Virus record (IMG/VR): IMGVR_UViG_3300045284_000107
Coordinates: 10,101 to 74,100 of that record
DNA length: 64,000 nt
Direction: 5' to 3' (one strand)
Source: a virus
Taxonomy: Duplodnaviria; Caudoviricetes
In this document: in pieces, positions 1-8,579 of the stretch
How positions within the stretch are numbered: the stretch's first letter is position 1
Layout: each line of letters begins with the position of its first letter
Notes under the pieces: generated by a model
What the model was told of the DNA's origin: nothing
Databases searched by the model: none
The model's input: the letters and a program-made list of their open reading frames with translations, nothing else
Translations under genes and position numbers: made by a program

Positions 1-13
1 GCGCGCCCCAACC

Positions 14-727
14 TTGAGCCACTTACCAGGCGGACTTAAAATCCCTACCGCCCAATCCAAATCCCATCCCGACCTGCATATGGTAGACCCAGAATATGTC
101 ATAGCCGGCGATCTAGAATTTGACCACGAAACCCAGGAATTTGTTGCAGCTCCCTGGTTCATAAACCGCGGAGCTGTAATCGTAGACCCTTTCTGGAACT
201 CCTGGCGCGGCATAAACCTCAGCAAAAAGATCCTAGCATCCGAGATAATAGAAAACGCCGGAGCAATACGATGGCTAGTAACCTTTTTGGGCGCACTAAA
301 CGCCCTCCCAAAAGACCTGCGCCAAGCCCAAACCCAAACAAAAAAGCGCCAAGTCGGCGCCCACATCCTCCCCTATTTCCAACACAGAACAATTACAATA
401 AACCTGCCCAGAGATGACAGAATTGTATGGGCAAACAAACACCTCCAATCCTCACTTAAAAATATGCCGCGCCCCTGGCACCAAGTCCTAGGCCACTGGC
501 GAATAATAGAACGCGGCAAAAAACAACATCTGTGCAGACATATGCCCACAATGATCGAAGACGACATTGCAATGTGCCAAAAATGCCAACTGATGATCCG
601 ATGGATTAAATCCCACAATCGCGGCGATCCTGCCGTAGGCATCGTAACCCACACCTACAAAACCAAAGCCCCAAAACAAAAAACTCCCTCACCCTTTAAA
701 CCCAACTTCGAACTCTTGGACCCATAA
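14..727 (+). CDS. Hypothetical phage protein (may be 5'-truncated)
   Basis: 237-aa ORF with TTG start at the window edge; PRPWHQVLGHWR and HNRGDP motifs; closely followed by the next ORF. Confidence 0.6.
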   Translation: MSHLPGGLKIPTAQSKSHPDLHMVDPEYVIAGDLEFDHETQEFVAAPWFINRGAVIVDPFWNSWRGINLSKKILASEIIENAGAIRWLVTFLGALNALPKDLRQAQTQTKKRQVGAHILPYFQHRTITINLPRDDRIVWANKHLQSSLKNMPRPWHQVLGHWRIIERGKKQHLCRHMPTMIEDDIAMCQKCQLMIRWIKSHNRGDPAVGIVTHTYKTKAPKQKTPSPFKPNFELLDP

Positions 728-728
728 A

Positions 729-1304
729 ATGACCCCCGAACAAATCGAAGAAATCAAATCGCGCAAATGCGGCACCTGCTATTCCTGCTGCGTAAACCTG
801 GGCATAGACGAACTAAAAAAATACCCCGCCCAAAATTGCAAACATTTAGACGGCGGAATTGGTCCCGAAACTAGATGTAGCATTTATAAAGACCGGCCAA
901 CTGCCTGCCACACATACAGATGCGCTTGGCTCCAAGGCCTTGGCACCCCTGACATGCGCCCAGACAAGTCCGGCCTCCTAGTCACAACCTACAATCCCCA
1001 TTTCGAAAACTCCGGCACTATGTCCGCCACAATCTGCATCACCAACCCCAAGATTGGCGACCCCAAAGATTTGCAAATCCTAAACCAGGAACCCCTCCAT
1101 CAAGTCCTAACCAGTTTATTGGAAATTCACTGCAAAGACATCCGCATCGTCGCCTACCACACCCTAGACATAATCCACATCCTAGACGGCCAAATCTTCC
1201 GCGGCGTGCGACAAAAAAATTCCAAAGGTAAATACGAAGAATTAGTAATTGCAACCTTTAATCCACCCGCCGGCGTATATCGCATAGAGGAACGAACCAC
1301 ATGA
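729..1304 (+). CDS. YkgJ-like CxxCxxCC cysteine-cluster protein
   Basis: CGTCYSCC...C...CSIYKDRPTACHTYRCAWL pattern. Confidence 0.75.
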   Translation: MTPEQIEEIKSRKCGTCYSCCVNLGIDELKKYPAQNCKHLDGGIGPETRCSIYKDRPTACHTYRCAWLQGLGTPDMRPDKSGLLVTTYNPHFENSGTMSATICITNPKIGDPKDLQILNQEPLHQVLTSLLEIHCKDIRIVAYHTLDIIHILDGQIFRGVRQKNSKGKYEELVIATFNPPAGVYRIEERTT

Positions 1305-1624
1305 TCTGGTACATGAAACATCCCCGAGCCACCCACGAAATGCTTGGATTTATCCCTGGTTATCTAGACGACAATGATCCTCGTCCCGCGCGAGAACAAT
1401 TAGATGAAAACTACCGCGAGGGTGGCGGCTGGCACCCCGTAATGGGATTTACAGTCACCCCAAACGGTGAACTCAACTACCCTGGAGATCCACCAATGCC
1501 CCTCTTGGCCGAGACCATTCTCCACCCCGAAACTACCCACCCCGAAGTAATCCGCCTCTACCTCCACTCGTGGGTATCTATCATTCAAATGGACGGCTCA
1601 TTTGAAATAGCCCGGATGGACTAA
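1301..1624 (+). CDS. Hypothetical protein
   Basis: 107-aa ORF, ATGA overlap with the upstream gene. Confidence 0.7.
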   Translation: MIWYMKHPRATHEMLGFIPGYLDDNDPRPAREQLDENYREGGGWHPVMGFTVTPNGELNYPGDPPMPLLAETILHPETTHPEVIRLYLHSWVSIIQMDGSFEIARMD

Positions 1625-1625
1625 A

Positions 1626-1805
1626 ATGTCCCAGGATGAAATCCCCGAAATCGAAACATCCATCTGCTCTGCATGTGGCAAACCAGTCCAATCCTATTGG
1701 ACCTCAAAAGGTTGCCTGTCCCGCCCCCTAGAATATGTCCTAATCGCAGATTGGATATTCCACACCCCCTGTTGGGACAAAATGGTAAAGGATCATCCGC
1801 CATGA
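1626..1805 (+). CDS. Small CxxC...HxxC zinc-finger protein (59 aa, not in ORF track)
   Basis: MSQDEIPEIETSICSACGKP...WIFHTPCWDKMVKDHPP; fills the gap exactly, ATGA overlap with the next ORF. Confidence 0.55.
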   Translation: MSQDEIPEIETSICSACGKPVQSYWTSKGCLSRPLEYVLIADWIFHTPCWDKMVKDHPP

Positions 1806-1987
1806 AAACCAAACCCCCGCCCGAAAATCCCACACCTGAGATGATACAACGAGGCCTAAAAGTCTATGAAACCAACCCCTCCGGCCCATTGGACATTCTC
1901 ATACACGACATCTGGCAAGCCATGTACGACGAATGGAAATATCAAAACCGACCAGGCGTAATCGTGGACCTGAATAATCTAAAATGA
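1802..1987 (+). CDS. Hypothetical protein
   Basis: MKTKPPPENPTPEMIQRG..., 3' part of track ORF 1673-1987. Confidence 0.5.
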   Translation: MKTKPPPENPTPEMIQRGLKVYETNPSGPLDILIHDIWQAMYDEWKYQNRPGVIVDLNNLK

Positions 1988-2109
1988 GTACCTGTCATGG
2001 GCCGCTTTCACGGGTGCGACACAATGCCGCAGGGCGGCCCAGGCCGAACCGTGCTAATATACTAAACCACCCTATCCTCTACTTTCCAATCCACCAATTG
2101 GAGATTGAG

Positions 2110-2280
2110 ATGTACGACACCAAATGCTACGACCTTGCAGAGGAATTTCTAAGTGACACCCCAGAACATGCAACCATAAAAAACACCAACGCCCTCGCCC
2201 AAATGATCCAAGATACAATCGAGGACTTCCTCCACGACCTAGAAAATCCAGAACCTGAAGATGAGGAAGAAACCAAATGA
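2110..2280 (+). CDS. Small acidic hypothetical protein
   Basis: MYDTKCYDLAEEFL...; GGAG upstream; ATGA overlap downstream. Confidence 0.55.
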   Translation: MYDTKCYDLAEEFLSDTPEHATIKNTNALAQMIQDTIEDFLHDLENPEPEDEEETK

Positions 2281-2630
2281 TTTATCCAATCGTAGGCGCG
2301 CACTTTCACCGGCCCGCTAAAGCCATACTTGCAGTCCTCCCAATAGGCACCCTGTTGGACGTGATCCCTGAGCCTGACAACGAATATGACCCAAACGCAA
2401 TTGCCATCTGGGTCAAATCCGACCAAATCCCCCGCGAAGCGGCGGGCGAACTGGACAATTTATCCAAAGGTTATGGCTTCAACGCAGAAGAAATTCTCCA
2501 ACCCGGCGATATGTGGATGTTGGGCTACATCCCCCGCGAAATCGCCGCCAAGTTACAGCCCTTTGAAATGAAAACTGGTAAGTTTTCTGTGGGTGCTAAT
2601 GGTGGCCCCAGAGTAGAGATCGAGATCTGA
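2277..2630 (+). CDS. HIRAN-domain protein
   Basis: IVGAHF...LIPEPDNEYDPNAIAIW-type motif and LGYIPRE. Confidence 0.8.
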   Translation: MIYPIVGAHFHRPAKAILAVLPIGTLLDVIPEPDNEYDPNAIAIWVKSDQIPREAAGELDNLSKGYGFNAEEILQPGDMWMLGYIPREIAAKLQPFEMKTGKFSVGANGGPRVEIEI

Positions 2631-2632
2631 CC

Positions 2633-2854
2633 ATGCAATGGGACTTCGACATCATCAAATCCCTCATCGAAGATGCCGAACTAAACGGCGAAAGTGAGGT
2701 AGAACTATCTTCCCCTCGCGAGGCAGAACTGTTTAGGGCGGCCATAAACAACAATCGTAGACTTAAAAACCTAGGACAAAACCTAACCACAAGAGTACAG
2801 GACCGCTCCGTCATCATTACTCGCCGCCCCGAAATCAGACTTAAGAGCGCCTAA
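2633..2854 (+). CDS. Hypothetical protein
   Basis: 73-aa ORF in a tightly packed operon. Confidence 0.55.
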   Translation: MQWDFDIIKSLIEDAELNGESEVELSSPREAELFRAAINNNRRLKNLGQNLTTRVQDRSVIITRRPEIRLKSA

Positions 2855-2859
2855 GTCCC

Positions 2860-3219
2860 ATGAAATTATATGACCCCCAACGGCCAAAAGTCTACCACAA
2901 ACCGGCATTCTTGCCGGGCCATCACCCAATCCAGCGCCTCCAAATTTGGCCTCTGGAAGACGGTACACTTGAGGTAGCACTTATGCTCCCGTTGGGGGAC
3001 AACCGTTTTAGCGGCATGTTCTTCAACACCTATTGCTCCCTGGACGAAATCCAGGGAGTAATTAGTCAATTTACAGATGACCCCGAACACTTTGTCGAAA
3101 AATACTTCTCCAAAAATCCCGCCGGATTTATACCCGGAGTGGGCAGTAACGCCCCCAAAGTGAGGCCTACGGCCTCGCCACAACCCACATCCCAAACCCT
3201 AAACTTACTGGACGAGTAA
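2860..3219 (+). CDS. Hypothetical protein
   Basis: 119-aa ORF in operon. Confidence 0.55.
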   Translation: MKLYDPQRPKVYHKPAFLPGHHPIQRLQIWPLEDGTLEVALMLPLGDNRFSGMFFNTYCSLDEIQGVISQFTDDPEHFVEKYFSKNPAGFIPGVGSNAPKVRPTASPQPTSQTLNLLDE

Positions 3220-3222
3220 AAA

Positions 3223-3465
3223 ATGTCCATCTTGTCAAATCAGGCCGAGAATGTCCTGCGGACAGCACTAGAAAGTCCCTATGGCATCCAAATCCTGATC
3301 TATGAAGATCCTCCCGGCCAAGTAGTAACCCCAACCCTCCGCGCCAGACAAATCCTCTACAGATTTAGGCAGGAGATAGGGGACAAAGACATGGATCAGA
3401 TACAGATCAGGCTTTGCCCCACCGACCCTGACCACCGCTTATGGCTCGTAAAAAACCCTGGATAA
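3223..3465 (+). CDS. Hypothetical protein
   Basis: 80-aa ORF in operon. Confidence 0.55.
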   Translation: MSILSNQAENVLRTALESPYGIQILIYEDPPGQVVTPTLRARQILYRFRQEIGDKDMDQIQIRLCPTDPDHRLWLVKNPG

Positions 3466-3470
3466 TCCAA

Positions 3471-3905
3471 ATGACCAAAGAAGAATATGACGCTACAGTC
3501 CTACAATACGAAGCCCTGTTGATCGAAAAGGAGAACAACCTTGCCATATTGGCATCTTGTAGGGGCCAAATCGACTCCGCAAAAGCCAAAGCCGTCGAAG
3601 ACAAAAATTTTGCAAGTGCAAAATGGTTTGCCTCCGTCAATACCCGCGCCCGCTATGCCGGCCAACGTGACCAAGAACTCGCGCGCCAAATCTCAGAACT
3701 AAAACTCAAAATCCGAAAATACAATCACGAAAACCGCCTCCTAAACCCCATAAATTCCGAACCCGAAATTCTCCAAACATTAGTTTCCGCCATACATCTT
3801 CTGCAAAACGCCGTAGACCTATTAAGAATGGAAAATCTAAATGCCACGGGTAGCAGATGTACCACTTCACCGGATACACATCCGCCTGGAAACGGAGGAC
3901 TATGA
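3471..3905 (+). CDS. Coiled-coil hypothetical protein
   Basis: Heptad-rich helical sequence; start chosen just after the upstream stop. Confidence 0.5.
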   Translation: MTKEEYDATVLQYEALLIEKENNLAILASCRGQIDSAKAKAVEDKNFASAKWFASVNTRARYAGQRDQELARQISELKLKIRKYNHENRLLNPINSEPEILQTLVSAIHLLQNAVDLLRMENLNATGSRCTTSPDTHPPGNGGL

Positions 3906-4050
3906 ATGGCTCAAGCGCGAACTCGGCGATGAAAAACTCATCTCCGAAACCATCCGCAAACTAATAAAAAATTTGCGGGAACGCCGCGAAAAACTCGACG
4001 GTCACTTCCCGCCAATAGAACAACTACTAGACACAGGACCAGACAAATGA
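3841..4050 (+). CDS. Ribbon-helix-helix (CopG/Arc-like) DNA-binding protein
   Basis: HRIHIRLETEDYEWLK...ISETIRKLI strand-helix-helix pattern. Confidence 0.6.
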   Translation: MPRVADVPLHRIHIRLETEDYEWLKRELGDEKLISETIRKLIKNLRERREKLDGHFPPIEQLLDTGPDK

Positions 4051-4415
4051 TCGAAAAGCCCATCCCACTAAATTTCGGACCCGGCCCCGAAATCAAGAAC
4101 CCAAAAGACGCTCTGAAATTGATGTTAGAGAGCAGTCTCAGACACGAAGATGGCCTATCCACACCATTGGACGAAATAGATCCAATGGCCCTCGATGAAC
4201 TAATCAACCGTATTGATAGTGGCGCTTTGGCACTCAACCAAGTGCCAGACCCCAAAGACATCGGCGAATTAGTCCAATACTACTGGAACCTCCGTACCAA
4301 GCACAACTTGGAAGTCCAACTTGGCATCGCCAACAAGCCCAAGGGCAGAACCCCAAAGGCGGCCAAACCCCTAGTCTCAATCAATGACCTCTTAAACCTG
4401 GACGACGAAGAATAG
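4047..4415 (+). CDS. Hypothetical protein
   Basis: 122-aa ORF, ATGA overlap. Confidence 0.6.
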   Translation: MIEKPIPLNFGPGPEIKNPKDALKLMLESSLRHEDGLSTPLDEIDPMALDELINRIDSGALALNQVPDPKDIGELVQYYWNLRTKHNLEVQLGIANKPKGRTPKAAKPLVSINDLLNLDDEE

Positions 4416-4462
4416 GGGCGCAAAAGCGCCCCGCCTAAAATGCTACAACACAGGACAATACA

Positions 4463-5494
4463 ATGCCAAGCGATCAAGAAGACTTTACAGACATAGATCC
4501 CGATCCCGAGATCGGCCGGAACCTATCCTTCAGTCAGGAACAACCAAACCTACAATTGTCCTGGGACCAAACCTCCCTGGGCGAACTGAAAATCTGCCCC
4601 CAAAAATACAAATATAGTATCATTGATGGCTATGAACCCCGAGACACAAACGTCCACTTCATCTTTGGTGGCATATACCATCACGCATTTGAGTTCTTCG
4701 ACCACCGCATAGCGGAAGGCCAGGACTACAAGTCGGCAGTTCAGGAAACCGTCACGGAAGTGTTGCTCAAGACTTGGCGTCCTGATTTGGGGCGGCCCTG
4801 GCCATCGGACAACCCAACCAAAAACCGCGGAACCCTCATAAGAAGTGTCATCTGGTACTTAGACCAATTTAAAGATGATCCCCTAGAGACAATCATCTTA
4901 CACGACGGCAAACCTGCCGTAGAACACTCATTTAGAATTGAACTCGGCTGCCAATCCTCCCTAACGGGCGAGGCATTTCTATTGTGTGGCCACATAGACA
5001 AACTAGTCCTATTCGAAGGCCGCCCCGCAATAGTAGACAAAAAAACTACCAAAAACGCCATAGGTGGAGCCTTTTTCTTGAGGTTCAGTCCCGACAACCA
5101 AGTAAGTGCCTATATGTTGGCCGGGGGCTTCATCTTGGATGAACCCGTCACAACCATGATTATAGATGCCGCCCAAATCCTAGTTAACAGCACCCGCTTT
5201 CAACGCGGCATAATCCACCGTACCCCAGACCAATTGCACGAATGGCTCAAAGACACCTGGATTTGGATCGCCCAAGCCGAGCAATACGCCAAAATGGACT
5301 ACTGGCCCAAGAACGACAAAGCCTGCGGCCAACCCACCGTAGACCCCAAAACCGGCGAAGTCCGATACGGATGTCCTTTTAGAGAAGTCTGTGCATCCGA
5401 TCAATCCATGAGACAAATGCTCCTAGATGCCAACTTCAATCGCCGTACTTGGGATCCAATCCAACCGCGCGAACTAAAGAGGTCCACGCCATGA
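4463..5494 (+). CDS. Cas4/RecB-like PD-(D/E)XK exonuclease
   Basis: CP near the N-terminus, GHIDKL and IVDKKTT catalytic motifs, C-terminal C...CPFREVC completing a four-Cys set. Confidence 0.85.
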   Translation: MPSDQEDFTDIDPDPEIGRNLSFSQEQPNLQLSWDQTSLGELKICPQKYKYSIIDGYEPRDTNVHFIFGGIYHHAFEFFDHRIAEGQDYKSAVQETVTEVLLKTWRPDLGRPWPSDNPTKNRGTLIRSVIWYLDQFKDDPLETIILHDGKPAVEHSFRIELGCQSSLTGEAFLLCGHIDKLVLFEGRPAIVDKKTTKNAIGGAFFLRFSPDNQVSAYMLAGGFILDEPVTTMIIDAAQILVNSTRFQRGIIHRTPDQLHEWLKDTWIWIAQAEQYAKMDYWPKNDKACGQPTVDPKTGEVRYGCPFREVCASDQSMRQMLLDANFNRRTWDPIQPRELKRSTP

Positions 5495-5859
5495 AGTTAT
5501 TGGTATGTGGTGGCCGAGACTTCAAAAACTGGACCTACCTCAAAGAATACCTAGATGGGTTCCACTTCAAACAACCCATATCCGAAATCATACATGGCGC
5601 GGCCCCTGGCGCGGACAGTCTAGCGGGTAATTGGGCCTTACTAAACCACATCCCCGTGCGCCGCTTTGCGGCTCAATGGGACCGATTTGGCAAACACGCA
5701 GGTCCAATCCGCAACCAACAAATGCTTAATGAGGCCCAACCCGATGTTGTAATCGCATTTCCGGGCGGCCCAGGAACCGCAAACATGAAATTCCTCGCCC
5801 GCAAATCCAACATCCTGGTCATAGACGTGGAAATGGAGTCCATCACATGCCCGCGTTAA
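5491..5859 (+). CDS. DUF2493 / YspA-like SLOG-family protein
   Basis: MKLLVCGGRDF, IIHGAAPGADSLA, AGPIRNQQM, AFPGGPGT. Confidence 0.85.
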   Translation: MKLLVCGGRDFKNWTYLKEYLDGFHFKQPISEIIHGAAPGADSLAGNWALLNHIPVRRFAAQWDRFGKHAGPIRNQQMLNEAQPDVVIAFPGGPGTANMKFLARKSNILVIDVEMESITCPR

Positions 5860-6887
5860 ATGACCAAACCCAACGGCCCGTAAAACTCATCTACCTAGGC
5901 CGCCAAGGCGCAGGAAAAACTGGTAGCTTTGCTAGTCTAGCCGCTGCGGGCTACAAACTGCGCCTATTGGACGCTGATAAAGGGGTGGACACCCTCCAGA
6001 ACCTATTATTGGATCGGGACCACTTCCCCTACCGTAACTTTATGGACAAGCACAACATCGACTTGGGCCTGTCCTCATTCATCCCTGTAGACCAAGAAAT
6101 GAACATAAGTACCGTCGATAGAGCTTATAAAGACCCTACGGGAAAAGTAATAAAAACCACAAAAGAACGTGTTTTGGCCCCCTCAAATGCCCAAGCGTGG
6201 CACAAAGTAACCGACCTACTCCAAGACTGGAACGACGGCGGCCAAAAACTTGGCAACGTCCATTCCTGGGGTCCAGACACAATCTGCATTTTAGACACGT
6301 ATTCAACGATGGCCCGCTATGCCTACTATTACCACCAGGGAATAAATGGCCGACTTGGAGCCATAGAAGACGGCTTTGACCATCAAAGAGATATTGGTGG
6401 CGCACAGGCATGGCTCAGACGCTTATTAGAGGTTCTGTTTTCCTCAGCCGTAAAGTGCAACATAATAGTTGCCTGCCACATCACATGGGTAGACGAAAGC
6501 CGCGGATTTGCACAATCCCCAGGCGAAATAAACCGCGCCGGACGTTCATCTGATCCTGATGGCCTCCCAGATGCCATAGGCCAAGCCCTATCCCCGCGAA
6601 TGGGAAAATACTTCAACAACGTATTCGCGGTACGGTCAAGTGCCACGGGTGATAGTAGAAAAATCTGGACCAAACCCATTGATAGGGTGATCTGCAAAAG
6701 AAGTGCATGGTTAGAAGACTCATATGACATCACAACCGGACTTGCCGAAATCTTCTCCCAACTCAATGGCCAGCCCCTACCCAAAGATTTCATCCAAGAC
6801 CTAAAAAATGTCCGACCCAACGGACAGGACACACCGCCCATTCCTACAAGTTCAGGAGTAGGCCGCCCCCAACCCTTAAAACTCTAA
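5847..6887 (+). CDS. Phage P-loop ATPase (AAA_24 / Sak4-like recombinase)
   Basis: Walker A GRQGAGKT, Walker B ILDT; lies between an exonuclease and an SSB-like gene. Confidence 0.75.
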   Translation: MPALNDQTQRPVKLIYLGRQGAGKTGSFASLAAAGYKLRLLDADKGVDTLQNLLLDRDHFPYRNFMDKHNIDLGLSSFIPVDQEMNISTVDRAYKDPTGKVIKTTKERVLAPSNAQAWHKVTDLLQDWNDGGQKLGNVHSWGPDTICILDTYSTMARYAYYYHQGINGRLGAIEDGFDHQRDIGGAQAWLRRLLEVLFSSAVKCNIIVACHITWVDESRGFAQSPGEINRAGRSSDPDGLPDAIGQALSPRMGKYFNNVFAVRSSATGDSRKIWTKPIDRVICKRSAWLEDSYDITTGLAEIFSQLNGQPLPKDFIQDLKNVRPNGQDTPPIPTSSGVGRPQPLKL

Positions 6888-6938
6888 GAAAGGAGCCGCG
6901 AAAACCCTCTAACTACAAAATCACAACTGGAGATACAG

Positions 6939-7223
6939 ATGCCTGATAGAGCAAAATTCGCTGAAATGGTCGAGCGCCGTATGGCCCAATACGACGAAAC
7001 ACTTCGCCGTATGGAACCCCTCGCGCGCAACTACGACCACAACTCCCAAGACGTACAAGAAATGATCCGCTACATGCGGACGGGGATCGACAAACTGGAG
7101 TCCCTGTTCACCAGTGGCGGCAAGATTGGAGGGTTTAGGTTGAAGCCCCTGATCCAAGAAGAAGAAACTCCCCCTACCGACACGTCCAATACCCCCGTGA
7201 AACTATCCTCAAGGAAGGCGTAA
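6939..7223 (+). CDS. Hypothetical protein
   Basis: 94-aa ORF with GGAG RBS. Confidence 0.6.
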   Translation: MPDRAKFAEMVERRMAQYDETLRRMEPLARNYDHNSQDVQEMIRYMRTGIDKLESLFTSGGKIGGFRLKPLIQEEETPPTDTSNTPVKLSSRKA

Positions 7224-7227
7224 CAAA

Positions 7228-7722
7228 ATGAGTGATACCTCTAGCACTGTAGACTTCCGCGATCTCCTGCGGAAGCCCATTGGAGATTGGGAAAGCCGTG
7301 GCCCACTTCCTGTCGGCCACTATTTCGGCAAGGTGGTAGACGTTGAGGAAGGCAATTCCTCCAAGAAGGGCACCAAATACTTCGCGTTCTTCGTTCAGAT
7401 CGCCACGGCCGGTCCTGACGTTGACCAGGCCCAGTTGGGAAGCGTGGATCTCACCGCCTACGAGTTCCCCAACAGGCGGTATCCCAACGGCCCATCTGTG
7501 GTGTGGATCACCCCAGGTGCAATGCCCATGAACCGGGTCTTTTTCGAAAACATGGGCTTCCCGCCGACTAAGCCGATGGACGAGTGCATCAACGAAATGC
7601 GCGGCAAAAACGTCATGATCGGTATCGGCGTCGAAGAAAGCGAAAGCAATACCAACGCTGACGGTTCCAAGCGCAAATACAACCAGTTGGTCAGCATCAC
7701 GGGTGATCCCCGCGAAAAGTAG
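7228..7722 (+). CDS. DUF669-like single-stranded DNA-binding protein
   Basis: PLPVGHYFGKVVDVEEGNSSKKGT motif; follows the Sak4-like ATPase. Confidence 0.7.
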   Translation: MSDTSSTVDFRDLLRKPIGDWESRGPLPVGHYFGKVVDVEEGNSSKKGTKYFAFFVQIATAGPDVDQAQLGSVDLTAYEFPNRRYPNGPSVVWITPGAMPMNRVFFENMGFPPTKPMDECINEMRGKNVMIGIGVEESESNTNADGSKRKYNQLVSITGDPREK

Positions 7723-7740
7723 AAACTACCAACTGCCAAG

Positions 7741-7780
7741 TTTTAGCCCCGAAGGGATTAAACCCCTTTCGGGGCTAGAA
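7741..7780. promoter_or_regulatory. Long intergenic hairpin (terminator or RNA processing site)
   Basis: TTTTAGCCCCGAAGGG-attaaac-CCCTTTCGGGGCTAGAA; no canonical downstream U-tract. Confidence 0.55.
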
Positions 7781-7829
7781 CCCGTAGAAACCCAAAAAAC
7801 TCCCCACCTACAGACATGAGAACACACCA

Positions 7830-8102
7830 ATGGCCTGGAAATCCGAGTCCCGAACCATAGTTCTAATCCACCGGCGCTATCTAAAGCTCAATCCCCACCA
7901 CACCCAAAGAATGACCGCGCGCGAACTAGGACTTACAGAAAAGCAAGTCCACATGGCTTTGCGAGTGCGCGAAAACCTAAAAGATCCCGAAATCGCTGGC
8001 GCCCACAGCCTCGATAAAGCCTTCAAAATCCTACTAGAAAAGAACAAAGCCCGCAAAAAAGTCCTCGTCAAATTCCTTGTCCGAGATGGGCTATTCCAAT
8101 GA
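7830..8102 (+). CDS. HTH protein resembling the C-terminal half of phage ParB-like proteins
   Basis: TQRMTARELGLTEKQVHMAL helix-turn-helix; no ParB-N domain upstream. Confidence 0.5.
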   Translation: MAWKSESRTIVLIHRRYLKLNPHHTQRMTARELGLTEKQVHMALRVRENLKDPEIAGAHSLDKAFKILLEKNKARKKVLVKFLVRDGLFQ

Positions 8103-8128
8103 AAATCCTATTGGTAGGCGAGGCCTAA
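8099..8128 (+). pseudogene. Orphaned 5' end (MKILLVGEA-stop) of the UDG-exonuclease gene
   Basis: Matches the MKILLCGEAW start at 8576; ATGA-coupled to the upstream ORF. Confidence 0.75.
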
Positions 8129-8129
8129 A

Positions 8130-8579
8130 ATGAAAGAAATACCTCTCACACAGGGCCACGTCTCTCTAATAGATGACGAGGACTATGAATTAGTCTCTCG
8201 TTATCCGTGGTATGCCGATGTTGGAAAGTGGACAACTTATGCCAAATCAGACAACGTATTCTGGTATGGCATTATACGAATGCACGCCTTTATTATGAAG
8301 CCCCCTGCGGGCTTCATAGTTCACCACATTGATGAAAATGGATTAAACAACCAAAAATACAATCTCGAAAATATCACTCAAATGGAACACGCAACAAAAT
8401 CTAAACTACGATACAACAAATCAGGAAGCCTTTATCGAGGGGTTTACCTCCATAAAAGCGGATGGTATTCCGCCGAAATCTGGCGCAACTATAAAAAAAC
8501 TTACCTCGGCCTGTTCCAAACACAAAAAGCAGCAGCCGAGGCTTATCTACAGGCAGCTGAGAGGATGGACAAAAAGTGA
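8130..8579 (+). CDS. Free-standing HNH-AP2 homing endonuclease
   Basis: MKEIPLTQG...VHHIDENGLNNQKYNL (HNH); YRGVY...WYSAEI...YLGLF...AAEAY (AP2). Confidence 0.9.
   Translation: MKEIPLTQGHVSLIDDEDYELVSRYPWYADVGKWTTYAKSDNVFWYGIIRMHAFIMKPPAGFIVHHIDENGLNNQKYNLENITQMEHATKSKLRYNKSGSLYRGVYLHKSGWYSAEIWRNYKKTYLGLFQTQKAAAEAYLQAAERMDKK

Noticed and set aside
4463-5494. Cas4 as evidence of a CRISPR-Cas locus
   Set aside because: No other cas gene or array; the context is a recombination module
8130-8579. Group I intron around the HNH gene
   Set aside because: No room for a ribozyme core; the downstream gene has its own complete start
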